NCBI GenBank assembly: GCA_040389185.1
Contig: JAZKAJ010000011.1
Coordinates: 1,033-65,032, forward strand
Direction of reading: 5' to 3'
From: Patescibacteria group bacterium
Lineage (GTDB): Bacteria; Patescibacteriota; Minisyncoccia; Phycocordibacterales; CAIRYW01
DNA length: 64,000 bases
The position numbers and the translations under genes were made by a program. Shown piece by piece: positions 39,520 to 48,721 of this stretch. Below the pieces are notes generated by a model that was given only the letters and a program-made list of their open reading frames with translations, was not told where the DNA came from and made no database searches. Within the stretch, counting starts at the first letter, position 1, and the number at the start of each line of letters is the position of its first letter.

Positions 39520-39819
39520 ATGGATATGAAAAAGATAAAGACTAAAATTGTAGAAACCAGAGTACCTACAGATCTTGCGAAAGCATTAAAGGCTCATCCT
39601 AAAGCTCTTGCACAATGGAAAGCGAATACTCCACTCGCACGAAGAGATTGGGTGTTGTGGCTCAGTACTGCAAAAAAAGAAGAAACTCGCGTACGAAGAA
39701 TTGAGAAAGCTATTTCCATGCTTTCTTCTGGAAAGAAAAGGATCTGCTGTTTTGGTGGAATCAATTGGTTAATCAAGATTGGAGAATTGAATAAGAAGGG
39801 TAAAAAAATAACTAAGTAA
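39520..39819 (+). CDS. YdeI/OmpD-associated family protein
   Basis: VPTDLAKAL...W...AKKEETRVRRI. Confidence 0.85.
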   Translation: MDMKKIKTKIVETRVPTDLAKALKAHPKALAQWKANTPLARRDWVLWLSTAKKEETRVRRIEKAISMLSSGKKRICCFGGINWLIKIGELNKKGKKITK

Positions 39820-40013
39820 TGATTTGGTCAAAAGAAAGACGAGAAGGTGTAAAGAGTACCTTTTATAATTTTCTCTACGCTTTATTACTTTTGGTTATTG
39901 TTTTTTATTTTGGGCCAGATATATATACGACAGAAGGAACAAAGCTTGTAATCTTTGTTTTCTATGTGATTTGTTTGTGGGTACTAGGAAAGATTTTTAA
40001 AAAATTAAATTAG
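39819..40013 (+). CDS. Small membrane protein
   Basis: TAATG coupling, 2 TM. Confidence 0.45.
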   Translation: MIWSKERREGVKSTFYNFLYALLLLVIVFYFGPDIYTTEGTKLVIFVFYVICLWVLGKIFKKLN

Positions 40014-40954
40014 ATTTTTAATCGTGAACCAGACCCTAGAATGATTAGTACAATTGCAATTGAAAAGTGTGGCAAATGCCCGATGAGCTCTATGGGCCCA
40101 AGTAGATAGAGTGTGGTGATAAGAAATACTGCAAGTGCCAGTGTTGTTGTTCGAGTGACAAGACCTAGGAGGAAGAAAAGTCCGAAAAGTGCTTCAGATA
40201 CTCCAGCAGAATATGCAAACCAATAATTAGAGTATGAGTGAAATCCTAGCATCTCCATAAAATTCCAGTGATATTTTGAGAGGAAGTTGGCAGTGAGTGA
40301 CGGGTCAAGAATCTTTTCTGAGAATCCAAGTATCATGAGATTCAGTCCCGTACCAACACGGAGAAGGGGAAGTCCATATGGATGCAGCTTGTGTCTAAGT
40401 TTTAGAAAGGCATCAGTGTCTACAATCTTCCATTTTGATCTTCCTATGATCATTGCATACATAGCAAAGCCTAGCATTTCAAATGTATCCATCACATCCA
40501 TGAATCCAAATTCTTTTACCGAGAGACTAAATAGAATAAGAATAAGTAATCCTGCAATTCTCTCGTATATTCCAAATAGAATCATTGCTCCGGCAATACC
40601 TTGGATGCCGAGAAGCAATACATCATGAGTATGAAGTGGGGGAGCGAATACAAATTCATTGTAAGTAAATATCAAAAATGAGAGTCCAAATCCCATACTA
40701 GCAAATGACAAAATGTTCGGTGCCCACTTTTCAGTAAATACGTCAAACCATTTTGGAGTCTGTAATTTTTTCTCAAGATAGACTCCGATGAGGACTATAA
40801 TAAGAACAATAGCTATTGAAGCAATGACAGGTAAGTCGGACCATGAGTATGGTCTGACAAATGTTGTCTCGTGAGCAAACCATCTGACGTGTGCTTCTGT
40901 TATAAATGGAATGGAGAGAATCACGAAAGCAAACAGAGATATTTTTTTGAACAT
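40010..40954 (-). CDS. DoxX family membrane protein
   Basis: AHVRWF, LLRVGTG...EKI..P, ELIGHLP. Confidence 0.75.
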   Translation of the reverse strand: MFKKISLFAFVILSIPFITEAHVRWFAHETTFVRPYSWSDLPVIASIAIVLIIVLIGVYLEKKLQTPKWFDVFTEKWAPNILSFASMGFGLSFLIFTYNEFVFAPPLHTHDVLLLGIQGIAGAMILFGIYERIAGLLILILFSLSVKEFGFMDVMDTFEMLGFAMYAMIIGRSKWKIVDTDAFLKLRHKLHPYGLPLLRVGTGLNLMILGFSEKILDPSLTANFLSKYHWNFMEMLGFHSYSNYWFAYSAGVSEALFGLFFLLGLVTRTTTLALAVFLITTLYLLGPIELIGHLPHFSIAIVLIILGSGSRLKI

Positions 40955-40981
40955 TATTTATTTTAATTTGATAAATGAAAA

Positions 40982-41557
40982 CTATTTGCTGCGCCTAGAA
41001 TGTCGACGGAAGAAATAAAAGAGAATAAGGATGATGTAGGCGGTGAGTGACATCATCGGGATCGTAATATATCCAAAAGTGACAAAGAATATCTTTGCAC
41101 ATGAAGCTCCTTGTGAAGTACACATACTTAATATATCTGGGTTAAACATTTGTCCATAGTATTGAAATAGGGCAACTGTAGCACCACAAATCGAAAGCAC
41201 AAGACTATAGAGAAACACCATTTCATCTTCAACCTTCCTGATCTTTTCATTATAGAGCGCTATAGCAAAAATGATCACTTGAGGATAGAGGAACACTCTC
41301 TGCCACCAACAGAGTTCGCATGGATCAAATCCGATAATGTTTGAATAGATGAGACTTGTTGCAAGTCCTGTAAGACTAATCAAAAAACCAGCAAGCATCG
41401 CGTGCTCTGCTGCTTTTTGTGAGAGGTGGTGAAGAATCTGCGCTGGGTGTTTGAGAGTGATGAGAACAAGTGCAAGTGCGGAAAAGATTATCCCGATCTG
41501 TGCGAAGACGGTGAACCAGGAAAGTATGAGGGTGATTTGTTCTCCAAAAGGTGACAT
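40982..41557 (-). CDS. dsbB: Disulfide bond formation protein DsbB/BdbC family
   Basis: PCELCWWQR..LYP; second Cys pair; TIPMMS. Confidence 0.88.
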   Translation of the reverse strand: MSPFGEQITLILSWFTVFAQIGIIFSALALVLITLKHPAQILHHLSQKAAEHAMLAGFLISLTGLATSLIYSNIIGFDPCELCWWQRVFLYPQVIIFAIALYNEKIRKVEDEMVFLYSLVLSICGATVALFQYYGQMFNPDILSMCTSQGASCAKIFFVTFGYITIPMMSLTAYIILILFYFFRRHSRRSK

Positions 41558-42108
41558 AAAATTATAATAGCATTTCTTTTTAGATTAACTAAGTTGATTG
41601 TATATTGTTAGATATTAATAACTCTTTCTAATACAATACAATCGTTTTGTATATCATTCAGGTCTCATTATGTTCATTTTATTTTCTCTCCTTATTATTT
41701 CAAATAATTAGATATTTGTTGCAGGCGCAAGGTAAGTAAGTCAAGAACTGGAGTAAGAATTTTTCATTGAAAAAATGCTCCTGACTTGTATGAGAACTAA
41801 TATGAAAAAATGACACATTCGATGATATTGAACTCTTGAAAACTTGCATACAGATTGAAGATAACTTCGGCAATCTGAAACAGATTGCGTAATCTCACTT
41901 TAGCTGTCTGTTGATCTCCCGAAGGATACTTTGTAAACTACTTTTCTTCTATCTTCGCATACATATTAGTTTAGAAAATATAGTTGGTAATCCTTGCTGT
42001 TTCTGATTTCGCAAAGTGAGAAGGGTATTAGATCGGACGCTGTATACGAGAACACTTGTCTACGCGCTTCTTGCTCGTCGAAATAAGAAGTACTCTTGTG
42101 GCACAAAA

Positions 42109-42960
42109 TTACTTTCCTTTATACTTACCATCAAGCAGATCTCTCATTCCTTTATATTCAAATTGAACAGTTTTTGTTACCCATTTATTATTACGGATAG
42201 TGTGAGCATATCTAACCTTAGGTTCTTCATGGGTATTTTCTAAAACCTCCTCAGCAACAACGGGAGAAACCGCTATCGTAGATGCTTCGAATTTAGGCTT
42301 TAAAATTTCCATAACTTTTTCTCGGGTTTCTTTGATTTTTTTTGGATCCCACACCTCCTCCTCTTTTGGAGTACCTTCTTCAAGTAAAGAATAGATTTTT
42401 TCCTTTTCTTCGGGAGTTATTTCAAGATCTTTATCTGCCGTGAGTTTAAGCATTGCTTGTGAGAACATGACCCACGCCCGAAGCATATGAAAATCATTGG
42501 TAACAATTTCCACTTTTTTTACATCACCAAGATCTTCTTTGTGTGCTTGAATATATTCAAGAGTTGCACCTGCATTTCCAAGAGTCGAACCTTGCCCACC
42601 AATTGAAACCACATCTTCTTTTGCAATGCCTTCGGTATCTACGAGGCGCTTGGCAGCTTCATCAGCTCTTGAATCTCCGCTTTTTTCGTTCCCTCCTGTT
42701 GCCAAGACGATTATTTCTTCACCTATTTTCTTTGCATCTTCATAAGCAATCTTCACTGCTTCCTGTCTTGAAAACCCTCCTGAGACTTCACCAGGAAGAC
42801 TTGTGCCTGCATTCGTCTGGTTGGGAGTAAAAAGTTTAAATGCCCATTTTTTCTTACCTCCTCCATCTTCGATATTCCTTGGTGTCATTCGGGCACCCAA
42901 ATAGACCATAACTCTTTTTTTCTGTTCAATAATTTCTGCACTCGGTGGTTTTTCTATCAT
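42109..42960 (-). CDS. YdcF/DUF218 family protein
   Basis: ATGG, STLGNA, IVTNDFHMLRA. Confidence 0.7.
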   Translation of the reverse strand: MIEKPPSAEIIEQKKRVMVYLGARMTPRNIEDGGGKKKWAFKLFTPNQTNAGTSLPGEVSGGFSRQEAVKIAYEDAKKIGEEIIVLATGGNEKSGDSRADEAAKRLVDTEGIAKEDVVSIGGQGSTLGNAGATLEYIQAHKEDLGDVKKVEIVTNDFHMLRAWVMFSQAMLKLTADKDLEITPEEKEKIYSLLEEGTPKEEEVWDPKKIKETREKVMEILKPKFEASTIAVSPVVAEEVLENTHEEPKVRYAHTIRNNKWVTKTVQFEYKGMRDLLDGKYKGK

Positions 42961-43433
42961 TTTTTAATTTTTATGCTAACTCTTAATCTTATTGCAATAC
43001 TATTATACCCCAAATTACGAAATGACCAAACCACACAATCTGATACAATACAAGAGCAACCGTAAGGTAGCTCTTGTATGTATGTTAAAAACATCCATCA
43101 AAATCTACAACACATTGCGAAATATTGGTACTAAAGTATTTTACACACTTAAACTTCAAAATACTACACTAGATAAATTTATGTTTATGTTTTGGTGTAG
43201 TCAAGCCAAAATGGAAAACGAGAAGGAAATTAATGGATGTAATGTGGTTATGAAATCAAATGAGAGAGCTTACAAGGCTTGGTCAGCGAAGATTGGTGGT
43301 CTAACTTGACTATGAGGTGGAGAAATATCTGCCGAGGAATTTGTCGAAAGAAGAATTTTTTTTCTGAGATTGAGATATTGGGTTTAATGAAGTTGATTGC
43401 CAACCGCTAGGGAGGCATTGATTATGCAAACCA

Positions 43434-43462
43434 TTGACAAACGTGCATTTATTTGATATACT
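43434..43462 (+). promoter_or_regulatory. Sigma70-type promoter
   Basis: TTGACA-17 nt-TATACT. Confidence 0.7.
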
Positions 43463-43603
43463 GAGTTTCAGTTCTTTAACAAGAAACACTGTGTGAGACT
43501 AGCTTTTTGTACCCTAATTTAGTTTAGGGTCTAAAAAGCTAGTCTCAACCTAAGACAAGCCGCTGCGGCGTGATCAGTCAAATCAATACAGGGATAAATA
43601 TCG

Positions 43604-44278
43604 ATGAAAAAAACATTGAGCACGTCTGCACTGGTAACCGCAGACAGTCCGAAAGAACAGAGAGCTACCAAAAAGTCCCGTTATACCCTGGCTCAATCAA
43701 TTCTCGGTGTGGATTTCATCACGCCAGAAGAGGTAGCCAAGGCTCGCGGGGCAATCTACACTGACGAGCAGATCAAGGCACTCGCCGAAAGTCTGCCGTC
43801 GGAAGACATGCTGAAGTGGTGCAAGGAAAATGGTTACGCCGTCATGCCCGCACCGCCCCAAGCGATGTCGTTGCTTGACGTTCGTAGTATCAAGTCCGAC
43901 CACTTCTACAACAAGACTGGGTGGCGGTATGCCGACCAGAAGTTTGCCCGTGAGGACAAGACGTCGTTCGGATGGCTTGCCATCAAGAAGACGCCAGTCT
44001 CGAACTCAGCTAGCAAAAACTGGGATGAGCAAAGCAAGCTCCTGTCCGCACTCGAGAAGGTGCCGAACGCTGCCGAAATGAGCTGGTTCATCACGACCTA
44101 CTTTGAGGTTCGTGGTGTCCGACTCTTCGAAGGTGTTTACGTTCGGACGTCCAGTCTCGACTCGGACGGCAACCACGTCCTCGTCGGCGGCTTTGACTCC
44201 GAGGGTCTCGGCGTCGACCGCTACTGGGCCAACGACCGCCACGACGTCCTTGGTGTCTCGGCCAGCAGGAAGCAGTGA
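43604..44278 (+). CDS. Probable DGR target protein with C-terminal variable region
   Basis: C-terminus VRTSS.DSDGNHVLVGGFDSEGLGVDRYW...LGVSASRK with NNC codons at expected Asn sites; downstream hairpin. Confidence 0.65.
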   Translation: MKKTLSTSALVTADSPKEQRATKKSRYTLAQSILGVDFITPEEVAKARGAIYTDEQIKALAESLPSEDMLKWCKENGYAVMPAPPQAMSLLDVRSIKSDHFYNKTGWRYADQKFAREDKTSFGWLAIKKTPVSNSASKNWDEQSKLLSALEKVPNAAEMSWFITTYFEVRGVRLFEGVYVRTSSLDSDGNHVLVGGFDSEGLGVDRYWANDRHDVLGVSASRKQ

Positions 44279-44291
44279 TCCTTGAACCATT

Positions 44292-44324
44292 GAGCCTCCG
44301 CGAAAAATTTTTTCGTGGAGGCTC
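44292..44324 (+). promoter_or_regulatory. Hairpin after putative VR (DGR homing hairpin or terminator)
   Basis: GAGCCTCCGCGAAAA...TTTTCGTGGAGGCTC. Confidence 0.55.
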
Positions 44325-44476
44325 TGTCATTTTTATATTATTAAATCTAAGATATTTATATCTTGCTAATGTAACTTGGATCACGGTTCAAGTTCGCGAG
44401 ATATCTCACTTTGAAATATCGCCAGAATACTAATGCTTTACAAATCACGGTAGAGTGCGATTAAAGATAGAGAGAG

Positions 44477-44601
44477 CTCGTGTACTGAAACTGCAGAATG
44501 AGTAGTTAGGATATGTGCCTGCACCGGCTTCGCCGATGGCCTGGCGGACGGTATCTGCGTGAGAGAGGGGGGACGGTGAAGATGAGTTTGTATTTGGGCA
44601 T
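44477..44601 (-). pseudogene. Truncated, frameshifted paralog of the YqfO-like gene at 47108-47431
   Basis: ATGCCCAAATACAAACTC...TGCAGTTTCAGTACACGAG aligns; one extra C in a C-run. Confidence 0.8.
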
Positions 44602-44721
44602 AGATTAAAGTGTAGCTTAGTTTTGGGAGGGAGAGGGTTTTGAAATATTTTTAGGGCGCAGGTAATGCCTTGGATCTAGGAGGTGTAATTCTTTGTTATA
44701 AGGAAAACAAAAATCAAGGGA

Positions 44722-45999
44722 TTATTTATTCTCCAAAATCTTGGGAACATTGAACATTGCGATTGTAATGTCGTCAGGTTTAGTAATATATTTACTGGTC
44801 ATTTCGCTTTTTATTTCAGCTTCATTTTTCACATCTTTGAATTTCATAGGATCGAAAGATTCAAGTGTGCCTTGTGTGAGCATAGTTTTTCGAATGTGAT
44901 ATTCATTAATGAAACCAGACGCTGTTCCTAGGACAGAGGGTGGTGTGAGCTTAAGTGTAGGATATTTCAATTCATATTTATCAAGCCAAGCTTCATTATA
45001 CTCTTTTGTTCTGGATTGATAGTTGTCAGAGAACCAGTCTGTAGCACATGTTATTGAATCTACATTTTGAACAGTGTGTATATTTTGTTTCAAATCAAAT
45101 GTGGTCTGTCGGCTTCCATCAGTAACACCAAGCGCTATACCAGTATCAGCATCATTTATATTGTCATCTCCATAAGAGATCAAGTTTCCATCTTTTGTTT
45201 TCACGTATACTGGTGAATCACCAAGCTGAAGTATGTTCACAGAACCATCGTCATTGATTCTACAAAGGGACATTGTGGTGTGGCCATTAAATTTATCTGC
45301 TTTAATTGCTGGATCTTTTGCTCTCACATCTTCAATAAATTTCTCAATAAGCGATTCTAGACCTCCATCTTCAAAGGCTTGTTCCCATGAATTGTTATCT
45401 TTTGTGAGCTCGTGTGATAAAAATCTGGCTATATCTCCGGAGTGTGGAGCGCCTCCCATCCCATCGGCAACACAGAATGTTTTTCGGTCTGGAGATATGC
45501 CAAATCCATCTTGCCCATGACTTTTTTCTTGTCTGTGTCTCATATTTGCATGAATGATTTTATAGCCGTCATCATCCAAATCGCCAAGCACTATTTTTTC
45601 ATTGCCTAATTCTAGTCCTTGATTGCCGTAAGTTTCATTTAGAGTTTCGTTGGTAATCGGACGATCTTTGAATTCCAAAGGTTCTTTTGAGAAAGAGAAT
45701 TGTGGTGGAGTATTAGGTATTGTTTGAACCATCTTCGGTTGAGATGCTGCTACTATTGGGACAGGTGTCGATTCTACGTTTCCATTTTTCACAAGTTGTT
45801 CTTTCAGAAATGTGTCAAAAAGACCAGTTCTCGTAGTCGGTGGCACAGGCTTTGATGGTATTTTTTGTGGTACCACTTGGCTCTCAATTTGTTTGCGTTT
45901 TAATAGATTATCAAATGATTCGGTCTGAGGTAACTCATCTTGAACAGGTTGCTGTCCGTTCTCCATAGATTTACGCAAGAGATCATCAAAATTACTCAT
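44722..45999 (-). CDS. PP2C-family protein phosphatase with disordered N-terminus
   Basis: GQDG, VADGMGG, LGDSP, ATD, DDITI. Confidence 0.8.
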   Translation of the reverse strand: MSNFDDLLRKSMENGQQPVQDELPQTESFDNLLKRKQIESQVVPQKIPSKPVPPTTRTGLFDTFLKEQLVKNGNVESTPVPIVAASQPKMVQTIPNTPPQFSFSKEPLEFKDRPITNETLNETYGNQGLELGNEKIVLGDLDDDGYKIIHANMRHRQEKSHGQDGFGISPDRKTFCVADGMGGAPHSGDIARFLSHELTKDNNSWEQAFEDGGLESLIEKFIEDVRAKDPAIKADKFNGHTTMSLCRINDDGSVNILQLGDSPVYVKTKDGNLISYGDDNINDADTGIALGVTDGSRQTTFDLKQNIHTVQNVDSITCATDWFSDNYQSRTKEYNEAWLDKYELKYPTLKLTPPSVLGTASGFINEYHIRKTMLTQGTLESFDPMKFKDVKNEAEIKSEMTSKYITKPDDITIAMFNVPKILENK

Positions 46000-46045
46000 G
46001 TAAGGATTATATCAAAATATAGAAATACTGCTAAATATTTTGGGT

Positions 46046-46266
46046 GAGGCGAGAGTTTCGACCTCGACTAAATTTTTCTACCCGAAAAATTTGTCTGGTC
46101 ACCAGCTCACACCGCCGATGAGCTCATCGGCGACTACGCTTCGCTTCGTGTGTTCCGCTGTTCGAATCTCGCCTGTTTTTCGGAGAAAAACCAAGTTGCT
46201 TCGCAACTTGCCTCCGCCAATAAGAAAAAACACCTGCATCTGCACGGTGTTTTTTCTTATTGGCGG
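46046..46266 (+). repeat. tRNA tail element C (Ser-specific, module 2, orphaned)
   Basis: GAGGCGAGA direct repeat; module 2; GTTCGAATCTCGC[hairpins]CCTCCGCCA; spacer hairpin ending TGGCGG. Confidence 0.85.
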
Positions 46267-46534
46267 GCCACTGGAGTTAAGTGATAGAGGACTCAAGTGT
46301 CATAAGGATATTCTAGGATTTTTACAGAGAATATTCGAGGCACTTGAGTCTAAGGTGGACTTTCTATAAAATGAGACAACTGAGACAGTTTTGAGAGGTT
46401 TGAAATACGCGCATTGTAAAATTGAAAATTCGTGGTATTGTTTTCGCGTTAGTCTAACCGTTCGACAGTATCTAAAGAACTGTCTCATGGTAAGACAGTT
46501 CTTCGATATCTAACGAATCAACCTCTCGTAACCT

Positions 46535-47038
46535 ATGAAAACACCGATTACCGCCGGCCGCGTCTTTTCGCAGCTCTCTTATACAACCATCATCAAAGTC
46601 ATTGCTGCACTTACTGTGATGCACAATTCTGAGAAAGAGTGCAGGGGTGGAATCCTTGCTATTCTGGTGCAAGGACCAGAAGGAAGCACCCTCGAATCTC
46701 GCGAACTCGGAGCCCCGGGAGAAAAGGCATTTGATTCTGCCTATTTCGCCCACGAAAAAATCCGTCGCCTCGCCACTCGTCGCCTGACTGCGGGAAGCGA
46801 AGGGGAATATGCATCTTCGCAAAGTGCAGATCCTGAGAAGGGTCAGTACGGCGGCTGCGTCGTGTCGTGGCACGGGAAGTATGAAATCTTTATCTCATTC
46901 TCGGGAGCACCCGCTGTCGTGGATGAGGTCGTCACTTATGTCGTCGCTGAAGCCCTCGGGTTCACGGTTTCGACTGAGTATCAGAACGATCTTCTTCCGC
47001 AAGCTCGCGCACTACTCGAGCGTTGTCGCAGGCCATGA
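46535..47038 (+). CDS. Hypothetical protein, GlcG/HbpS-like
   Basis: FAHEK...GGCVV...ISFSGAP..DE pattern. Confidence 0.5.
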   Translation: MKTPITAGRVFSQLSYTTIIKVIAALTVMHNSEKECRGGILAILVQGPEGSTLESRELGAPGEKAFDSAYFAHEKIRRLATRRLTAGSEGEYASSQSADPEKGQYGGCVVSWHGKYEIFISFSGAPAVVDEVVTYVVAEALGFTVSTEYQNDLLPQARALLERCRRP

Positions 47039-47107
47039 AATAAGGCAAGTGTCGTTGATATCCCACGTGGAGTCCTGAGCAATCGGGACTCCATTTTTAT
47101 TTTTTTA

Positions 47108-47431
47108 TTAGAATTTTCTTGTTTCGAGAGGGAATAAATCGTATGCAATTTCTTCGTATGGGTGACTTGCTCGGAGTGCTTTTAATACTTCATCAACTTT
47201 ATCTGCATCAATCTGACATTCAATTCTTTCTTCCTCCACCTCTTCAAATTTTCCGACTTCACCGATTGCTGGTGTTGCACCTGTTTCAGGCTTGAATCTT
47301 CCTATGCCTCGTGTACTGAAACTGCAGAATGAATAGTTGGGATATGTGCCTGCACCAGCTTTGCCGATAGCTTGGCGAACAGTGTCTGCGTGGGAGAGGG
47401 GAACTGTGAAGACGAGTTTGTATTTGGGCAT
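47108..47431 (-). CDS. YqfO/NIF3 PII-like insert domain protein
   Basis: KLVFTVP, GAG...Y..CSF...G.GRF.P, HPYEE.AYD. Confidence 0.85.
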   Translation of the reverse strand: MPKYKLVFTVPLSHADTVRQAIGKAGAGTYPNYSFCSFSTRGIGRFKPETGATPAIGEVGKFEEVEEERIECQIDADKVDEVLKALRASHPYEEIAYDLFPLETRKF

Positions 47432-47435
47432 AGGG

Positions 47436-48359
47436 TTATTTTACCACTCTTTTAGATCTTAAGGGTTTGAGTTCAGGGAACAAGTTCAAGTTAAAAATTT
47501 TATTCAATAATAGATTCCTTGTTATTTCATCCATTTTAAGCATGAGACTTAATAATGCTACTGAATTCTCGCGCCACTCCTCACTCGTCCTTGACCAGTC
47601 CCAAACAATCTCTCCTTCATCCTGGATGATGTTTGATGATTTTGGAATCAGTGCCTCGTGCACGGTTTTGTGTCTTATTTTTTGCCTTATTTCCCAAATT
47701 ACTTTTAAGTATTCTTCTACCCGTTCAGTATCTTTGATTATTTCTGAAAGGCGATGCTCGATCCACTCCTTTGATGTTGTTTTACTATGAGAATGAATTT
47801 TTCCATGAACACTACATTCAACTATTCCAGGACATTTAGGTGCTGTTCCTATTATTGATTCCGTTATAGAGAATAGAACCAAGATGCGCAGAAAGGATGA
47901 ATTTCTAATAGTTCTTTCGGTGGTAATCCTTGTATTTTCTTTACTATTAAAATAAGCCTTAATTAAGGATTTGTTTTCTCTAGACTGGTCTAGATATTTT
48001 TTATATAAATCCGCGTATCTTAAAATATGTGGGTAATTATTTGGGAAATATATTTTATTTGATATGTCAGAATAATCTAAAAGATAATTACACTCACCTT
48101 CGGGTATCATCTTATCCGTATCAAAATTTGTACTTTCGTACCATTCCAGAGAAATATAATCATTAAAAATTATGTTATGAAATATTACCCATTCGTTGAT
48201 TGTGTTTTGACTACATTCACTAAATTCAATATTCATTGAGTCCCAATACATCGTCCCAAATCCAACCTCTATCTTAACTCGGGTTGCGGGAGAGATTGTT
48301 AACCCGTTAATAGTAACTTCTTTGTTTGGGGCATGTTGAGTTGGTAGTGTAAATTTCAC
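47436..48359 (-). CDS. ApeA-like HEPN domain protein
   Basis: LFSITESI helix and RHKTVH (RX4H) motif; likely GTG start at 48359. Confidence 0.6.
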   Translation of the reverse strand: MKFTLPTQHAPNKEVTINGLTISPATRVKIEVGFGTMYWDSMNIEFSECSQNTINEWVIFHNIIFNDYISLEWYESTNFDTDKMIPEGECNYLLDYSDISNKIYFPNNYPHILRYADLYKKYLDQSRENKSLIKAYFNSKENTRITTERTIRNSSFLRILVLFSITESIIGTAPKCPGIVECSVHGKIHSHSKTTSKEWIEHRLSEIIKDTERVEEYLKVIWEIRQKIRHKTVHEALIPKSSNIIQDEGEIVWDWSRTSEEWRENSVALLSLMLKMDEITRNLLLNKIFNLNLFPELKPLRSKRVVK

Positions 48360-48399
48360 GAGTCTAATTATATATCTACATATATAATTGTCGATAAAT

Positions 48400-48576
48400 G
48401 AGGAGGCGAGAGTTTCGATCGTTACACGATCAGTACCCCGATTGGATAATTTGTTTCGATACCTCACACATTATGCTCAATCGGGCTTCGAATCTCGCAA
48501 GCAGTGCGCCCCGGCACTGCACTCCTCCGCCCAACAAAAAAGGCGCCCATATAAGGCGCTCTTGTTTTGTATTGGG
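48400..48576 (+). repeat. tRNA tail element D (Ser-specific, module 1)
   Basis: GAGGAGGCGAGA direct repeat; module 1; TTCGAATCTCGC[hairpin]CTCCTCCGCCCAA; spacer hairpin to tRNA. Confidence 0.85.
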
Positions 48577-48661
48577 CGGAGGAGGCGAGATTCGAACTCG
48601 CGGTACCTTGCGGCACTCCTGTTTTCAAGACAGGTGCACTAAACCACTATGCGACTCCTCC
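48577..48661 (-). tRNA. tRNA-Ser (UGA), long variable arm, no CCA
   Basis: GGAGGAG/CTCCTCC; CCTGT-CTTGAAA-ACAGG; GCGAG-TTCGAAT-CTCGC. Confidence 0.93.
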
Positions 48662-48721
48662 AATATTTGGCTATGTTAGCAGAAAAAGCTGGAATTCACA
48701 AATTGGGGTATACTATTCTAT

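Noticed and set aside
41600-42100. Possible decayed gene or transposase in an ORF-poor gap
   Set aside because: Multiple stops and no motif I can identify confidently; would need tBLASTn.
42992-43430. 105-aa ORF or gene remnant upstream of the DGR-like target
   Set aside because: TTG start, no recognisable domain, and no TR-like or RT sequence seen.
46046-46266. Tail elements as extra, intron-containing or split tRNA genes
   Set aside because: They contain only T-arm and acceptor 3' matches; I could not find a D-arm or anticodon arm, or group I/II intron hallmarks.
46040-46369. ORFs over tail elements (46040-46369, 29231-29566, 60495-60851, 52643-52861) with mutual peptide similarity
   Set aside because: The similarity comes from the shared non-coding repeat; starts, stops and lengths are not conserved.
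48360-48679. ORFs 48388-48642, 48398-48679 and the long start of 47436-48467
   Set aside because: They run through tail element D and/or tRNA-Ser; treated as spurious or over-extended.
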